From NCBI GenBank assembly GCA_002245135.1, contig NGBS01001175.1, positions 1 to 64,000 on the forward strand: 64,000 nucleotides of DNA. Reading direction: 5' to 3'. The position numbers were made by a program, and so were the translations under genes. The DNA comes from Proteromonas lacertae. Taxonomy: Eukaryota. The notes beneath the pieces are model-generated. The model saw only the letters and a program-made list of their open reading frames with translations, did no database searches and was not told where the DNA came from. Positions 11,146 through 25,663 of this stretch are shown here, one piece after another; position 1 is the first letter of the stretch, and each line of letters begins with the position of its first letter.

Positions 11146-12240
11146 TTAATTTATTACTTTATCTAACACTATCACACTAAATTCAGCAATCATTTGTTTC
11201 AACAAACTTTCATTATTGTTTAATTCATGATTTTCATATTTCATTATCAATTTCCCCTTTCCATTCGCATTATAATTACTAACTCCAAATAATTTACAGA
11301 AATAATCAATCATCTTACCCACACTGTATTTCTTATCACAATATATTGAATATATTTTATTTTCATATTTTATATTATAATACAATCGATTATTTGGAGG
11401 AATTTTTGAATCTCCTTTAGCTATTCTTTTAAATCTATTTATATAGTATTATATTCAAATATCATATACTTCTGTGATTCTATCATTAATCTATTCTTCT
11501 CATTTCTTAAATATCCACTCAATGTTCCTATTCTTATTTTCACTATTCCTTTATTATCAATATATTTAGATATTTCTTCATCTAATTCTATTTTGGTATT
11601 ATTTATTAGTATTATTTTATCATCAAGTGATAGGTTATGTTTCATACAAAGTGATGATAATATTTCATTAAATTTGGTTGAGAAATTATTTATTATTAAT
11701 TTGTCTGTACAAATACCACTACTTCTAATCATTATTGTATAGAATATAATTAATACATTATTTCTATTTCATTTAAAGTCTTTTCTTTTGAATATTCTTT
11801 ATTTTTATTATCTATAAATTGATTTGACATTGCACATCTATCACAATTATGATCTAATGGATTTCTATAATACATTACTTCATAGTTCAAATTGTTATAT
11901 CAAATACCTGTGAAGTTTACAAAAACTATGATTACATTCACAACAAATGAATTTAGTTAATTCCTTGTTTTTACAACCATTCATTTCACAACTGTATGTT
12001 GATAATTCATCTACTACTTCACTAGTTTCTAAAATTCTTTTCTTATATCTATTATTTTATCGGATTTATTTTATACTCTACACAGTTATGCTTCTCATAT
12101 GACATATGATCTTTACAATACTTCTGGTGACAAAAATCACATTCAAAAGGAAGAAAATCTAAATCAATCTAAATATTAACAACACCTTTCTGATGACATT
12201 CACTAAAACTACAATAACAACCTACTTCGGTTAATTCCAT
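11146..12240 (-). CDS. ZFAND1: AN1-type zinc finger protein ZFAND1/Cuz1-like, spliced (left copy)
   Basis: MELTEVGCYCSFSECHQKDFLPFECDFCHQK.CKDH AN1 finger, a second finger, and a C-terminal AKGDSKIPPNNRLY...SVGKMID ubiquitin-like domain. Confidence 0.85.
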
Positions 12241-12379
12241 TATTTATTTCAAATACAAAAATGAAATGTATTATTCTCTGTATTTTATTGTATTTTGGTT
12301 TATTTCTTTAAATAAATAACATACAAACACATAACAAACAAAAAATCATTAAATTAAACAACAACAACAAAAATAAATA

Positions 12380-13339
12380 TTATATCTCATCAAATACAAA
12401 GCGACCAAAATCACCTTTTCGAAATCTCTCAATAAATCTTCTACTAGCAACACATTCATCACATTTTTCATTCTTACTAATCATCTTCAATACATAATCT
12501 ATATTATCAAGTTCTTCTTCACTTCCACTCAAATGTAACACTTTTCTATATTTATAATTCTTCAACTTATTCAGTTTAAACAATATAAAATCACATAATA
12601 CATCTTCATCCACTATTTTATCAGGAATACATCCAGCTAAACATAAATTCAATCCTACTTCATTATTCATATTATTATTAATTTGTAACTTTGGAATCAT
12701 TATACCTGGACTATCATAGATATATAAATCAGGATTATTATTGATTTTCAATGGATATATATTTCGAGTTAAACCAGGAGTTGCACCAACTTTTGGCACC
12801 TTTTACTATTTAATATATATATAATAAATACATCCTTTAAAATCATTCGAATTCTTTCTTATACAATTTATTATTGAAGATTTACCTACATTTGTTAAAC
12901 CAACTATTAGAAATATTGAACCCACTGTTTTGAATTTAGATGGACATGTCTTAATCATTGTTGGAATTAGTTTATTTATATTTATCTTTTGTTTTACTGA
13001 TATAAACAAACTAGATATATTCTGTTTGGAATAATATTCATTGATTTTAGGCCATTTCGATGAATCAGATAAATCACATTTATTAAATAATATCAATCGT
13101 GGTTTATTGGGAAACAGGGAATCAAAATTATGATTAGAAGTACTCAGTGGAAACTATATTCATTTTCATCTATGAATTATACTCTAGCATCACGAACTTC
13201 CATTAACATATCCACTCCTTTCACTTTCTCAGATAAAAGTCTTAAAGCTTTAGCCATATGACCAGGATACCTATAATTCATTATAACATCACATAATATA
13301 CCAGTTTATTGTGTTATTGTAAAGAAATTCATTTCTCAT
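12380..13339 (-). CDS. MTG1: Mitochondrial ribosome assembly GTPase MTG1/RbgA family, spliced (left copy)
   Basis: WYPGHMAKA, EVRDAR, NKCDL, GLTNVGKSS, GATPGLTR and DSPG motifs in circularly permuted order. Confidence 0.9.
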
Positions 13340-13387
13340 GCTTCTAAAATCAACTTTATTCAATCAAGCCTAATCAAGTTTTTGAAA

Positions 13388-16300
13388 ATGTTTTGTTTGA
13401 AATCTTTCATAGATGAAGTATTATTATCTATATTACCACCTAATTCTAATGTATTTTACTTTATTTATTTTTAATAGATAAAAGAAAGAATAGAAAAGAG
13501 TGAAAATGAGGTAGTTTTAGTTGTTGAACATAAGAATGAGATTAAAATGATAAAAATATTAGATGTTAATGAGATAAAAGAGAAGAAGATATTGAAATTC
13601 TTAGAAAATACCTCCTTATTGTTAGATTGTTGTGCTTCCTTAATATATCCTTTTCAAGTGTTTTTAAACAGTGACTGTGTTATAATATCAAGAAATTATT
13701 TCTCTAGAGACTTAAAAGAGATGATTCAAAGTAAATCTTTGTCTAATGTTGAAATATGTAATGTGATATGTTCTTTATGTGATATTATAATGATCTTAAG
13801 TGAATATGACTTAATGATAGGTAATTTAAAGAGTAGTAATGTAATATATGAAGAAAATGGCAATATAAAGTTATGTGATTTAATCCTAAATGCATTAAGA
13901 AAAGAAGATGAAATGAGAATATATGATATATGCTTCAAAAGTCCAGAAGAGATGAATGGATTAGAATATGATGAAAGAAGTGTAATTTGGTCAATTGGCT
14001 GTATATTATATGAGATGATTTGTAAGAAATTACCATTTAATGAAGATAATAATATGAATAAAACGAAAGAGAATATTGTGAGATGTAAATACAGTTTAGA
14101 TGTAGAATGTGATGATCAAGATGAAAGAAATGATATTCAGAATGTTGAAAGTGAAGAATGAAGATAGAATGAGATTGAAAGAGTTGATAAAAGAAATGAC
14201 AAAAATGAGTGAATTATTGAAAGATGATGAGAATGATTTTATGATATTCGAAGAAAGGAAGAAGTTTTTGTATAAAAATGATAAAAATAGTATTTTACTT
14301 CCAATAATCTATCCATCAGAATACTATCTTGAAAGATTGTTTGATAGAATCTTATAATTATAAACCTAACAAAAGAATATTGTCTATACTATTGATGATG
14401 AAATTATACAAACAAGATAAATCAATTATAGATAGACTGAAGTTTCATATTCATCATCAATGTAAAAATGAAAAGATGTATTGTTTAGATAGAATGATAT
14501 TTATTATTAGTACTGATTGTGAAGATAAAGGAAAAATTGTAATTGATTCAAAACACATTTGTTTCTGTAAAGAAGGGATGGATTATTTCTTCAATATACT
14601 GAAACAGATCAATCCAACAAAACTTCCAATTTGGTATAATATTAGTTATAATTTTGTCTTGTTTAAATAGTTTTTTATATTCCAATAAAATTTTAATCAA
14701 TTATCAAATCTTCAAGAAATTTATATACATTCATGTAATGTAGATTTTAATTTCATAGAATCATTTAGTTAAATCAATTCCATTCATGAAATTAAAATAT
14801 ATAAATCTTTCATGTATATCTTGATCTATTTAAATATATTATCTTGAAATAGACACACCAATTGGTTCAAAAGGATTTAGATTAATTCTTCCATATTTGC
14901 ATTTGTTAATCAACAAAAATAATGAATTGAATCTATGTGGAATGAATTTAAATGATGAATCAATGGTATTATTATCAGAAGAATTATTTAGATATGCAAA
15001 TATAAAAAAAATAGATATTATGCAAAACAAAAATATTCATTCTGTTGGATTAAAAGCTTTATTCTCCAAGTTTCCTATTTCAAAAATAGTATTTGATGTA
15101 AATGGATGTAAAGAATTATTGGTTGATAAAGATGTTCCAGAATTAATCAAATATATTAAAAGTAATAATAATGAATTAAATCTGAGTAATATGGAAATGA
15201 ATGATTATTTTTTTGATATCATTGATTTTTTTAAAATCAGAAGAATTAAGAAAAATAGGTAGATTAAATTTGTGTAGTATTATTTGTTTTTCTTTTTTAT
15301 TATGTAGATAATAAACTTAAGTCTATGAGTGTACAAATACTGATTAACAATTATACTTCATTTTATAAGTTTAAAGAACTTCAATTATGTGGGAATGATA
15401 TAGGAGATGAAGGAATGAAAATATTATCTCCTTATTTACATTTACTAAGAAGTAATGATTGTAAATTGAATTGTTCAAGTATAATAATTGTTGTTATTGT
15501 ATTGAATAGAAATGGGTTTATCTTCAGTTGGAATAAAACATTTGATGAATTATGTAGAAGAAGATCATTATATTGAAATGTTAGAGATTAACAGTATATA
15601 TGATTTATATTATTTTAATAGACAATCCAATAGGAAATAGTGGATTTAAGTCCTTGCTAAACAATTTAAAAATATTGATGGATTATGATAAAATAAATAA
15701 TGATTAATATCTCAATTGATGATGAAAGTATAATTCTGTTGGCAAGTAATCTTTAATCAATTGAAAATTGTGAAACTATAAATCTAAATGGAAACAGTGT
15801 AAGTATGAAAGGATTAGAATCAATATGTTCAAAATCATTAGAAAATGAAAATTATCCATTCATAGAAATGAAATGTTCATCGTGGACAAATGAAGAATTG
15901 GAGTATTATTTAGACTATTGTGTAAAGAAGAGAAGAAAAGATGAATATGATTTTTCCAGTATAGAATGTGATTATTCTATATAATAGATTTTGGTTTGAA
16001 TGATTCTCATATTTCAATAATTAAACAGATAAATTATAGATGGATTGATTTATCGAATAACAAAATTAGTTCTAAAGGATTGAAAGAATTAACTGATTTA
16101 TTACCAAATTCTTCAAAATATATTACTATTCATAATAATGAGATTGGAGATGAAGGAATAGAAATAACTTGTAAATATTTAAATAAGTTTACAAGGCGAA
16201 ATTATAAAAATCACCCATATTTATTGAATTTATCAAGTATTTTATATACATAATGTGAATTTATTATTTGAATAGATGTTGGTATAAGTGAAAAAGGATT

Positions 16301-16577
16301 AAAAGTGTTAATAGAGAGATTAAAAGATTATAAACCAATTAGAAATATTGATATATCAGGAAATGAATTGAATGAAAATGAATTAAGATTGATGAAAGAA
16401 AACAGAAGGATTTTTGAAGATTTGAATGAATTATGAATAACATTAAAAGAGAATATTGATAAATCCGAATTAATATCATTTTTACAAACATTTCCATCTG
16501 TAAGAAGAATAAAAGTGAATGGATTTTCAGAAAAAGAAAAGAATGATTTATCAAAAGAATTCTTTAATGTTGAATAA
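13388..16577 (+). pseudogene. Kinase-like (pseudokinase) plus RNI-type LRR protein, disrupted (left copy)
   Basis: Kinase subdomains IGNLKSSNV (no catalytic Asp), SPEE and IWSIGCILYE, followed by LRRs (NDIGDEGMKIL, NEIGDEGIEI). TAA at 15754 (CAA in the right copy), a 23-nt deletion near 14335 and further frameshifts. Confidence 0.75.
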
Positions 16578-16747
16578 TTAATTTTATTTTTATTATATTT
16601 CATTGTCAATTCTATTCATATGATTGTGATTTTGGAAATTTTCATTTATCCCAAAACTATCCCCAAATTCAATTTTTCATTAACCCAAATCCATTCAAAT
16701 TAAATAGACTTTCCCGCTTTTTAAAAAGCCAAAAATTCTTTTTGCTC

Positions 16748-19700
16748 ATGCTCACTCGTTTTGAGACTACTAGCAATAGAGTGAAGGGTTTGAGTTTCCA
16801 CCCACATCGACCTTGGTTATTAGCCAGTTTACACACAGGAAGTATCCAATTATGGGATTATCAAATGAAAGCTTTAATTGATGTATTTGATGAACATACA
16901 GCTCCAGTCCGTGGTGTTTGTTTTCATCAAAGTCAGCCTTTATTTGTGTCAGGAAGTGATGATTTCAAAATCAAAGTATGGAATTACAAACAACGAAAAT
17001 GTCTATTCACACTTCTTGGTCATTGTGATTATGTGCGAAGTGTAAAGTTTCATCCCGAATATCCTTGGATTTTGAGTAGTTCTGATGATCAAACGATAAG
17101 AATATGGAATTGGCAAAGTAGAGAATGTATATCCGTCCTTACTGGACATAACCACTATGTAATGTATGCTGAATTCCATCCAACAAAGGATTTAGTCTTA
17201 TCAACCTCCTTAGATACAACGATAAGAGTATGGGATGTATCAGCGTTAAGAAAGAAGAAAGTAAATGGAACGCCAGGTGAAGAACAACAAGCAGCTGGTT
17301 TGGGTCGTTTAAATTCCGAATTATTTGGAGTAGTAAAATTTGTTCTTGAAGGTCATGATCGATGTGTAAATTGGGCAAGTTTCCATCCAACTTTAAATTT
17401 AATAGTTTCAGGATCTGATGATAGACAAGTGAAGATATGGCGATATAATGATTCAAAGGCATGGGAAGTTGACACTTTAAGAGGACATACTGGAAATGTA
17501 AGTTGTGTATTATTCCATCCAACAAAGAATCTTATATTTAGTGACAGTGAAGATCATTCTATTCGTATATGGGATGCAACAAAGAGAATTTGTATTCAGA
17601 AGTTTAGTCGACCTCATGATAGATATTGGGTAATGGCAATGCATCCAAGTCAAGATTTAATAGCAGCAGGTCATGATAATGGTTTAATAATATTCAAATT
17701 GAATAGAGAAAGACCAGCTTATTATACCAATGGAAATGAGTTATATTATGTGAAAGATAAATATATTCGATTATATGATTATACTTCCACGAAAGATATT
17801 CCAATATCAAGTATATCTAATAATTCGAATATCCAACCAAAACAATTGATATATAATTCAATGAATCCAAGTGAAAGTAATATAATATTATTTTCCACAG
17901 CTGATGGTGGAACATATGAAATATATCGAACAGGTAAAGGTGAAAATACAAATGGAAGTGAGCCAATAAAAGGTAATGGATTAAGTGCCTTATTTACAGC
18001 TAGAAATCGTATAGCTGTATTAGAAAAAGATCGAAAGATAAGTATAAGAAGTCTTGACAATCAATTAACTAAACCAGTAACACCTCCATCAGGTAATTGG
18101 AGTGAAATATTTGCTGGTGGAATAATTGGTCGAATATTATTAAGAAGTGATGATCGAATAGTATTATTTGATACAACCAGTCGAAAACAATTAGGAAGTG
18201 CAATAGTAAATGGTGTAAAATATGTTCAATGGAATGATAATAATGAATATGTTGCATTAATGAGTAAAGATACAGTATGGATATGTAATAAAGATTTAGA
18301 AATAATCTCTACTTCGAATGAGCCAATGAGTGTAAAAGGTGGTAGTTGGGATAAAAGAGGTGCATTTATATATAGTACATTAAGTCATATAAAATATATA
18401 ATACCAAGTGGAGATAGTGGTGTAATAAGAACAATCGATTTTCCATGTTATGTGACTAAAATTGAAAATAAACATGTATATGTATTAGATAGAGATTGTA
18501 AACCTCGAAGATTAGCGATTGATCCAACTGAATATGAGTTTAAAATAGCATTAGAAAGTCGAAATATTCAAGAAGTATTAAGAATAATAAAGAGTGGTAA
18601 ATTATGTGGTGAAGCAATAATTGAATATTTACATAAGAAAGGATATCCTGAAGTTGCATTAAACTTTGTAAGTGATACATCCTCTCGATTTGATTTAGCG
18701 TTGAAATGTGGTAATATTGAAATAGCAGCTGAATGTGCAATTAGTTTAAATAAAGATGAATATTATGAGAAATTAGCTGATGTAGCTTTATCAAGAGGTA
18801 AAATATCAGTAGCTGAAATGGCTTATCAAAAGACAAAATCATTTGAGAAATTATCATATTTGTATTTATTAACAGGTAATAATGATAAATTACAGAAAAT
18901 GTATAAGATAGCAGAAATGAGACAAAATGTAATGTCCAAATATCTAAATGCATTATTATTAGGAAATGCAGAAGAAAGAGTAAAAATATTAGAAGATGCT
19001 GGTGAGAATAGTTTAGCTTATTTAACTGCTTTAACATACAATTTAAATGATAAATTAGAGAATATTCAAGCTGCTTTAGATACAAATAATATTCCAATAC
19101 CTGTAAAGAGTGAAAATAGTGAAGAATTATATCCACCCAAAACTGTAGAATTAGTAAATGATTGGGTAATTGGAGATAAAAGAAGTAATTATTTTGAATC
19201 TGCTGGAATGCCTCAAGGAAATAATAATAATAATAATGAAGATGATGATGATGATGAAGAAGAAGAAGGAGAAGAAGAAGAAGAAAACAATAAAAATGAT
19301 GAAGATGATTGGAATAAGAATGATGATAATAAAGGAAATGAAGCCAATGAATGGGGTGATGATCTTGAAATACCTGCTGATGAATTACCTGATACAATTG
19401 TAAATACATCAAATAAAAATGAAAAAGATGAATTTAGTATGGAAGAAAGTGGAAATATCGTAAGTGGAACAAGATTACCATCTGCGAAAGATTATTGGAT
19501 TGATAGTTCATCTTTAGCTGCAATTCATATAGCTGGTGGTTCAATAGAAAGTGGAATGAGATTATTAAATCGTCAAATTGGTGTAATTAACTTTGATCCA
19601 TTAAAAGAAGTATTTCGAAGTGTTTATTATGGCAGTGAAATATTTTGTCCTGGTTATTCAATAAGTCCACCAATTGGATATGAATTAATACATGATGGAA

Positions 19701-20459
19701 GTAAAGTCAATTCAATGAAGAAAACAGTACCTCCAAGTACAATAAAGTTCAGTCATTTAGTTGAGAGATTAAAAGAAGGATATAAATATTTCCAATTGGG
19801 TAAATTTACTGAAAGTATGAATACATTTTTAAAGATCTTGACGAGTTTACCATTATTAATAGTAAGTCATAAAAGTGAAAGTGATGAAGTAAAAGAATTA
19901 GTAAGTGTAAGCCGTGATTATATAACTGCTTGTCGATTAGAATTATATCGTCGAAGTATTCAATCAAATGATGGAGTTAGAGGATTAGAATTGAGTTGTT
20001 ATATGACTCATTGTAATTTACAAGCTAATCATTTGTTATTAGTATTGAATTTAGCAATGACAAGTGCTTATAAATTGAAGAATTATATAACTTCAGCTGA
20101 TTTTGCAAGAAGAATATTAGAAATCAATGAAATAAACAAACAAAATAATGCTCAATTAAAAGATAAAGTATATATATAAATATATATATATTATTATTAT
20201 TATTATATAATAGACACTTAAAGTATTACAAGCATCTGAGAAACAAGGAAGAAATGAAAATGAATTGAATTATAATAGTCAAAATCAATGGGTAATAAAC
20301 TGTGAGAAATTTTTACCATTAAATAAAAGTGATGAAATAATGAAATGTCCATATTGTGGATCTAGTTATGATGTGAGTTATAAAGGTAAGTTATGTTTGA
20401 CTTGTAATTTGAGTGAAGTTGGTTTACAGACACTTGGTTTAGTTTGTAGTTTAAATTAA
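16748..20459 (+). CDS. COPA: Coatomer subunit alpha (left copy), one intron at 20168-20213
   Basis: MLTRFETTSNRVKGLSFHP start, WD40 repeats, alpha-solenoid, and C-terminal CPYCGS...CLTCNLSEVG zinc site. Confidence 0.97.
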
Positions 20460-20670
20460 GCTTAATGAAATACAATTATTCTTCTTGTTAATTGAAATCA
20501 TATTATTAATTGTTGTTTGATTTGATTTGATTATTGCAAATGAAAGAAGAAATGTTTAATGTGAAAATAAAATGAAAAGAAAAACAATATTCTGTTTATA
20601 AATAGACATTTCTGTAATTTTAAGCCTCGTCAAACGAATAAATATTTTGAAACATCAAACAAGTTTGAAA

Positions 20671-21391
20671 ATGTTTAATTTTACATTTTTACATGATAAT
20701 GTAATGAAATCTGTATTTCCGCCTAATGTGAAGGTACTGTTTTTGAATTATTTTGAATAGATAAAAGAAAGAATAGAAAAGAGTGTTAATGAGGTAGTTT
20801 TAGTTGTACAACATGAAGATGATATTAAAATGATGAAAGTGTTAAATGTAGGTGATGTAGAAGAAAAAAGTATATTAAAATTCCATGAAATGAATTTGTT
20901 ATTGTTAGATTTCTGTTTATCGTTTGTTAATCCTTCTAAAATGTTTGTAAAGAATGATTGTATGATAATATTACGAGAATATTACTCTAGAGACTTAGAA
21001 GGGGTAATTCAAAGTAAATCTTTGTTAAGTGTTGAAATATGTAATGTGATATGTTATTTATGGAATTGTACTATTATTTAAAAATTGTATTTCAAAGAAA
21101 AGAAATCAGTTTAATAAAAACTATGATTTTTTAGGTATAAATGTTGTTTTATAAAGAAATAGATGTAAAGGATTGAAAGAATTAACAGATTCTTTATCAA
21201 GAGATGTAGAACATATTTCAATATTTAATAATCCTATTGGAGATGAAGGAATAGAGATAATATGTAAATACTTAGATAAATTTGTTGAATATCAACCATC
21301 TTTGAATTTATCTAGTATTTTTTGAATATATAATGGATTATCAGAAGAAGTAAAGAAAGAAATATGTAAAAATTATATTAATGTTGAATAA
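20671..21391 (+). pseudogene. Internally deleted remnant of a third pseudokinase-LRR paralog
   Basis: The 5' part parallels 13388 onward (IKERIEKS.NEVVLVV, YYSRDL, VEICNVI) and joins almost directly to the terminal LRR (NNPIGDEGIEIICKYL...NVE*). Confidence 0.7.
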
Positions 21392-21465
21392 AAACAATTA
21401 ATACACATTAATATTATATAAAATGTTTTGATTATATATATAATTTAGTATAACTTAAATAATAT

Positions 21466-23466
21466 TTAATATGGACCTCTTTTGGGAGGTTTCATTCCTT
21501 TACTTGAAGTTGGAATATTTTTATTCATATTTGCAGCATTCATATTCATATTATAATTATAATTATTATTTACATTCATTCCATATCCCATTTGTTGCAG
21601 TTGCTGTTGTTGTAATTGTTGCTGAGGTGTTAAAACAGCAAATGCACTAAATGGATCAACTTCTAAATTCAAGGAATTATTACTATTATTGGATGGAGCA
21701 GAGGGAATTGCATTGAATAAATCATCTAAATCATTATCTTTTGGAGTTTGAACATCATTTTCTTCATTTTCAGCTAATTCACTTACACTTTCTAATCCTA
21801 CTTTTTCTCTTGGTGTTTCAACTTCTTCTACTACTTCTTCTACTACTTCATATTCTACTCCGCCTAATTCTTCATTTCTTTTGTTTAATTCTTGTAATAC
21901 TCTTTGTGCTTTACTTGATACTATCACTTTTGCATTTCCTAAACATTCTTGTAGTATTTCACTATTCGTCATAAAAAATACTACATAATCAGTGGTTGAT
22001 GGATTTTTTATTAATGATTCAATTACAGATAAAGTCTTTACTACAACCATATAATTCTCATCATTCAATTTATCTAATAATATTTCTCCAATTATCTATA
22101 AGATAATAATATACATATAAATCAATTAATTATACATTTGGATCTAAGGTTAAACAATCACTACAAAACTGTTGTAACTTACCAGGAGGAGGTGAAGGTT
22201 TTAGTCCACCGCTTGATACTAAATCATCCACTAAACTTTTTTCATAAGATCCATCAGACATTGCTTTTCCAGAAACAGCTTTGAATTTCTCTCCAAATGA
22301 TACTTCTTGCACTGCTCTTTTTGGTTGAGCTTTGCTATTATTCATCGCATTACCTAAGCCTGTAACTGGAGCTTCATATCCACCATCAGTATTTGTTTGA
22401 TTATAAAAGCTTTCTAAATCATTACCTACAGATGCATCATAAGTCAATGAACGAGGTTTTCCTAAATTATTAGCTCTATTCATCCATTCTGGTTGAGTTG
22501 GTTTATAATTTGTATTTGCTACTCCAACTATCTTATCATTTGAAGTTGTTCTACCTTTAATAGCCATTTTAGCTCTTGTTAAGAAACTAGGAGTAGTGTC
22601 TGCATTTAAAGATACTTCTCCTACAATTACAGATTGAGCTCTTGGTTTACCAGATGGACCAACTAAACTCTTAGCTTTTTCTACCCAACTTTTCTTTTTA
22701 CTGTCATTTCCTTCCAAAGTTAACGATGAGGTCACTGGAATTAGCTGAAGTACTATTCTCATTCATATTACTATCAGGAGTGTATGAATGACCTAAATTC
22801 TTTACTTTATCCATCCATTCATCATGTCGAATATCTTTTGATGATAAATTATTACCTAAACCAACCATTTGTTTCTTTTGAGTATATAGCGAATTACTTC
22901 TTGGTTTACTTGCTGCTGCAGTATTTGTTTCAGCTGGTAAAGCTGCTTGAAAGGTTGCATTCACTGGTTTGGATGGTCCTTGATTCACTCTATTCATTAT
23001 TGCATCACTTGTCTTTCTAGCTTGTTGATGAAGCATTTCATAAGGAACCATTCCATTTATTGGATCTGGAGCTCCTCTGTACGTTGCAACTTCTCTTAAT
23101 TTGTCTGAGTGCTTTAGTATATCATATGCGAATGTTTCATTACATGTCTCTGCTAAATGCTATTCATAACAATAAATAGCCAATAATTCTATACTTCAAT
23201 AATTCTCATAACCTTCCATTTAATGTATGGATTTTCTTTAGATAGACGATCAATTAGAATATTGGCGATTGAAAGTCCACGATTTGTACTTTCTGATACA
23301 GCAAGTAAATAGTCAAGAAAATATATTCGAAATAGTATATAAAAATGATATCTTGAATTTCGTGAAGCTGTGTTCCATCTACAGGTTGATTGTTGTTAGG
23401 AGTTAACCTAGTTATCATCAATCTGTCCTTTGCAGCTACTGCAGTTCCAGTTACTGAGCTAAGCAT
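21466..23466 (-). CDS. TEPSIN: Tepsin (AP-4 accessory ENTH/tVHS protein), spliced, with apparent homopolymer frameshifts
   Basis: ENTH region LIDRLSK..PYIKWKVMRII...YRGAPDPINGMVPYEMLHQQAR and tVHS region YEKSLVDDLVSSGGLKPSPPPGKLQQFC. Confidence 0.85.
23305..23351 (-). other. Candidate U12-type AT-AC intron (47 nt) in tepsin
   Basis: Reads ATATCATTTT...TTTCTTGACTATTTAC. Removal restores the ENTH frame HEIQVAVSESTNRGLSIANILIDRL; no GT-AG alternative seen. Confidence 0.75.
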
Positions 23467-23788
23467 CTTTATCTAATCTATATAGCTTTATAAGTAAAAA
23501 AATATCTTTTCTCAAACAAGTTTGAGAAGTTAATATCTTTGCTTTTTTAAAAGATAAATACAAGTATAAAATAATATGTAAAAATATTCAAAATAGTCAT
23601 GTATTTTCATTGCATATTTGATAGGATAAAATATAGTCTAATTTCTTTCTAATTTTGTTTCATCACTTATATAAAGGGGTATATCGAATAATATGTTGTT
23701 GATAATAATAGAATAACATCAGATTTTTAAATTATATATTCACAAAGTGAGTTATTTTTAAAAACGTTATTTTTCTTTTTTTCTAAAA

Positions 23789-25014
23789 ATGGATGATAAT
23801 ATCATTTGTCCAGAACTGGCATCGATAGTTGCTGATGCTAAAAGAACTGGTACATTCTCTTATGGAATGAGAGGTTTAACAGTAGGGTTATTATTATAAT
23901 ATGCTTTAGTTCATACCTTCAGTAATATTTAATATACCAGAAATAACAAAACTTGATTTATCTAATAACTGCATAGAAACTTTACCAGAAGAAATAGGTA
24001 ATTTAGTAAATCTAGAACATTTATGGATTAATAACAATCCAATAAAAGAAATACCAAGTTCAATAGAAAACTGTAAGAAATTAAAAGTTTTAGATATTCG
24101 AAATCACTCGTTTAACTACATTACCAAGACAAATGGGAACATTGACGAATGTATTAATAATAGACACACAAGGAGTTCCATTTGAAGGTGAAATCGTAGA
24201 TGCAGTGGCACAAGGTACAAATGCAATAATAGAATTCTTAAGAGGAAAGAATTTGAGACAAATATTTATTGATGATTTAATTCTTCAATTATCAAATAAT
24301 GTATAGATATTATATTATTATTATGTAATTTAGTTATATTTCCGTGAAAGTCTAACTCCAACAGGAGAAAGTTTAATAAAAGAAATTGCAGAAGCAACAG
24401 CTGATTTCTTTAAAAAACCTGAAGATAGAAAAACGGTGATAAATAATTTAGATAGATTATTCCCTCAATATATTGATCGATTTGATATTAATGAAGTAAA
24501 GAAATTATTCGATCAAACTCGTAGACACAAATATGCCAAAGTATTATTGGCGAAATTGGAGTTGAAATTAAGATGTTTATATTTCAATATGGTTCAACCA
24601 TCAGATGTAGAGAAAATGGTGAATGATGTATATTCTGTATTACCCGAATTAGATCAAGTTCAGTTTGTAATTAGATATTTAAATGAAATTTATCCTCAAG
24701 ATCCCAAAGAGGTGAATAAAGAGTTAATTTATAATAATACAATTACGTTAAAAGCAAAGGTTGATAAAGAAAGAGAAGAGATATTGGGTAATTTAATAAA
24801 AACATTAATGGCAATATATGATGGTGTTGCAGAGGAAAAAGTTAGTAAATTTGCACATGATCTTAGCCCTTATATTAAGAAGAATGAATATATGAGAAAG
24901 ATTATATCACAAGCTAAAGTATATTTTACTGAAGATTTTGAGAAGTTGAAACCTGTTGCGATTAAGAATAGGTTGATGAAAGATATGAAATCTACTTTAG
25001 AACCTGAATATTGA
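23789..25014 (+). CDS. Leucine-rich repeat protein with a helical C-terminal region, spliced, one apparent frameshift near 24105
   Basis: Typical LRRs: LDLSNNCIETLPEEIGNLVNLEHLWINNNPIKEIPSSIENCKKLKVLDI. Confidence 0.75.
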
Positions 25015-25132
25015 TTTATCATTTATTTATTCTGTTTATTTGAGGAGAAAATTCAAAAAATACAAAAAATAGCTGTTAGGCTTGATGATCTCAAGTTTTC
25101 TATTTATTCTTTTTGCCTTTTATTACTTTACT

Positions 25133-25663
25133 ATGGCTTCTTCATGGTTTCAAACTGAAGTTGAAGTATATATGATACTATTCATTAATAAAAATAGTTT
25201 CAAAAACATCCCAAAGGCTGTCATTTAGTTACAGATGAAATTGTAAGTCATGTTCCTCAAATAAAACAAGTAAAGATAGGTTTATGTCATATATTTCGTA
25301 TTCATCAATGTATCTATGAGTGATAGTTCAACATACAAGCGCTGCTCTATCCATAAGTGAAAACTATGATCCAGATGTTAGAAAAGATATGGCAACTGTT
25401 TTGGATAGATTAGTACCTGAAAATAACTCATTATATACTCACACTATGGAAGGACCTGATGATATGCCTGCACATGCGAAAACAGCGTTATTAGGAAATG
25501 AATTGACTATACCAAGTATATTTTAGTTTTATTTATTATTTTAATAGTCAGTAACGGAAGATTGAATCTAGGAACTTGGCAAGGAATATATTTATGTGAA
25601 TTTCGTGACCATCCAAGTCGTAGAAGAGTGATAGTCACTGTAAATGGTCAAACAGAAAAATAA
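25133..25663 (+). CDS. YjbQ/UPF0047 family protein, three short introns
   Basis: GCHLVTDEI, QHTSAALSISENYDPDVRKDM, HTMEGPDDMPAHAK and LGTWQGIYLCEFRD motifs. Confidence 0.92.

Larger units (their letters stand above)
8377..20881 (+). repeat. Left arm of a large inverted segmental duplication (~12.5 kb)
   Basis: Near-identical reverse complement of 39569-52033 with the gene order mirrored; the COPA proteins differ only in a short acidic tract. Confidence 0.97.

Noticed and set aside
7411..16436. In-frame TAA/TGA codons as evidence for a reassigned genetic code
   Set aside because: TAA at 15754 is CAA in the duplicate copy; long conserved ORFs (COPA, DRC7) contain no internal stops, and genes end at standard stop codons.
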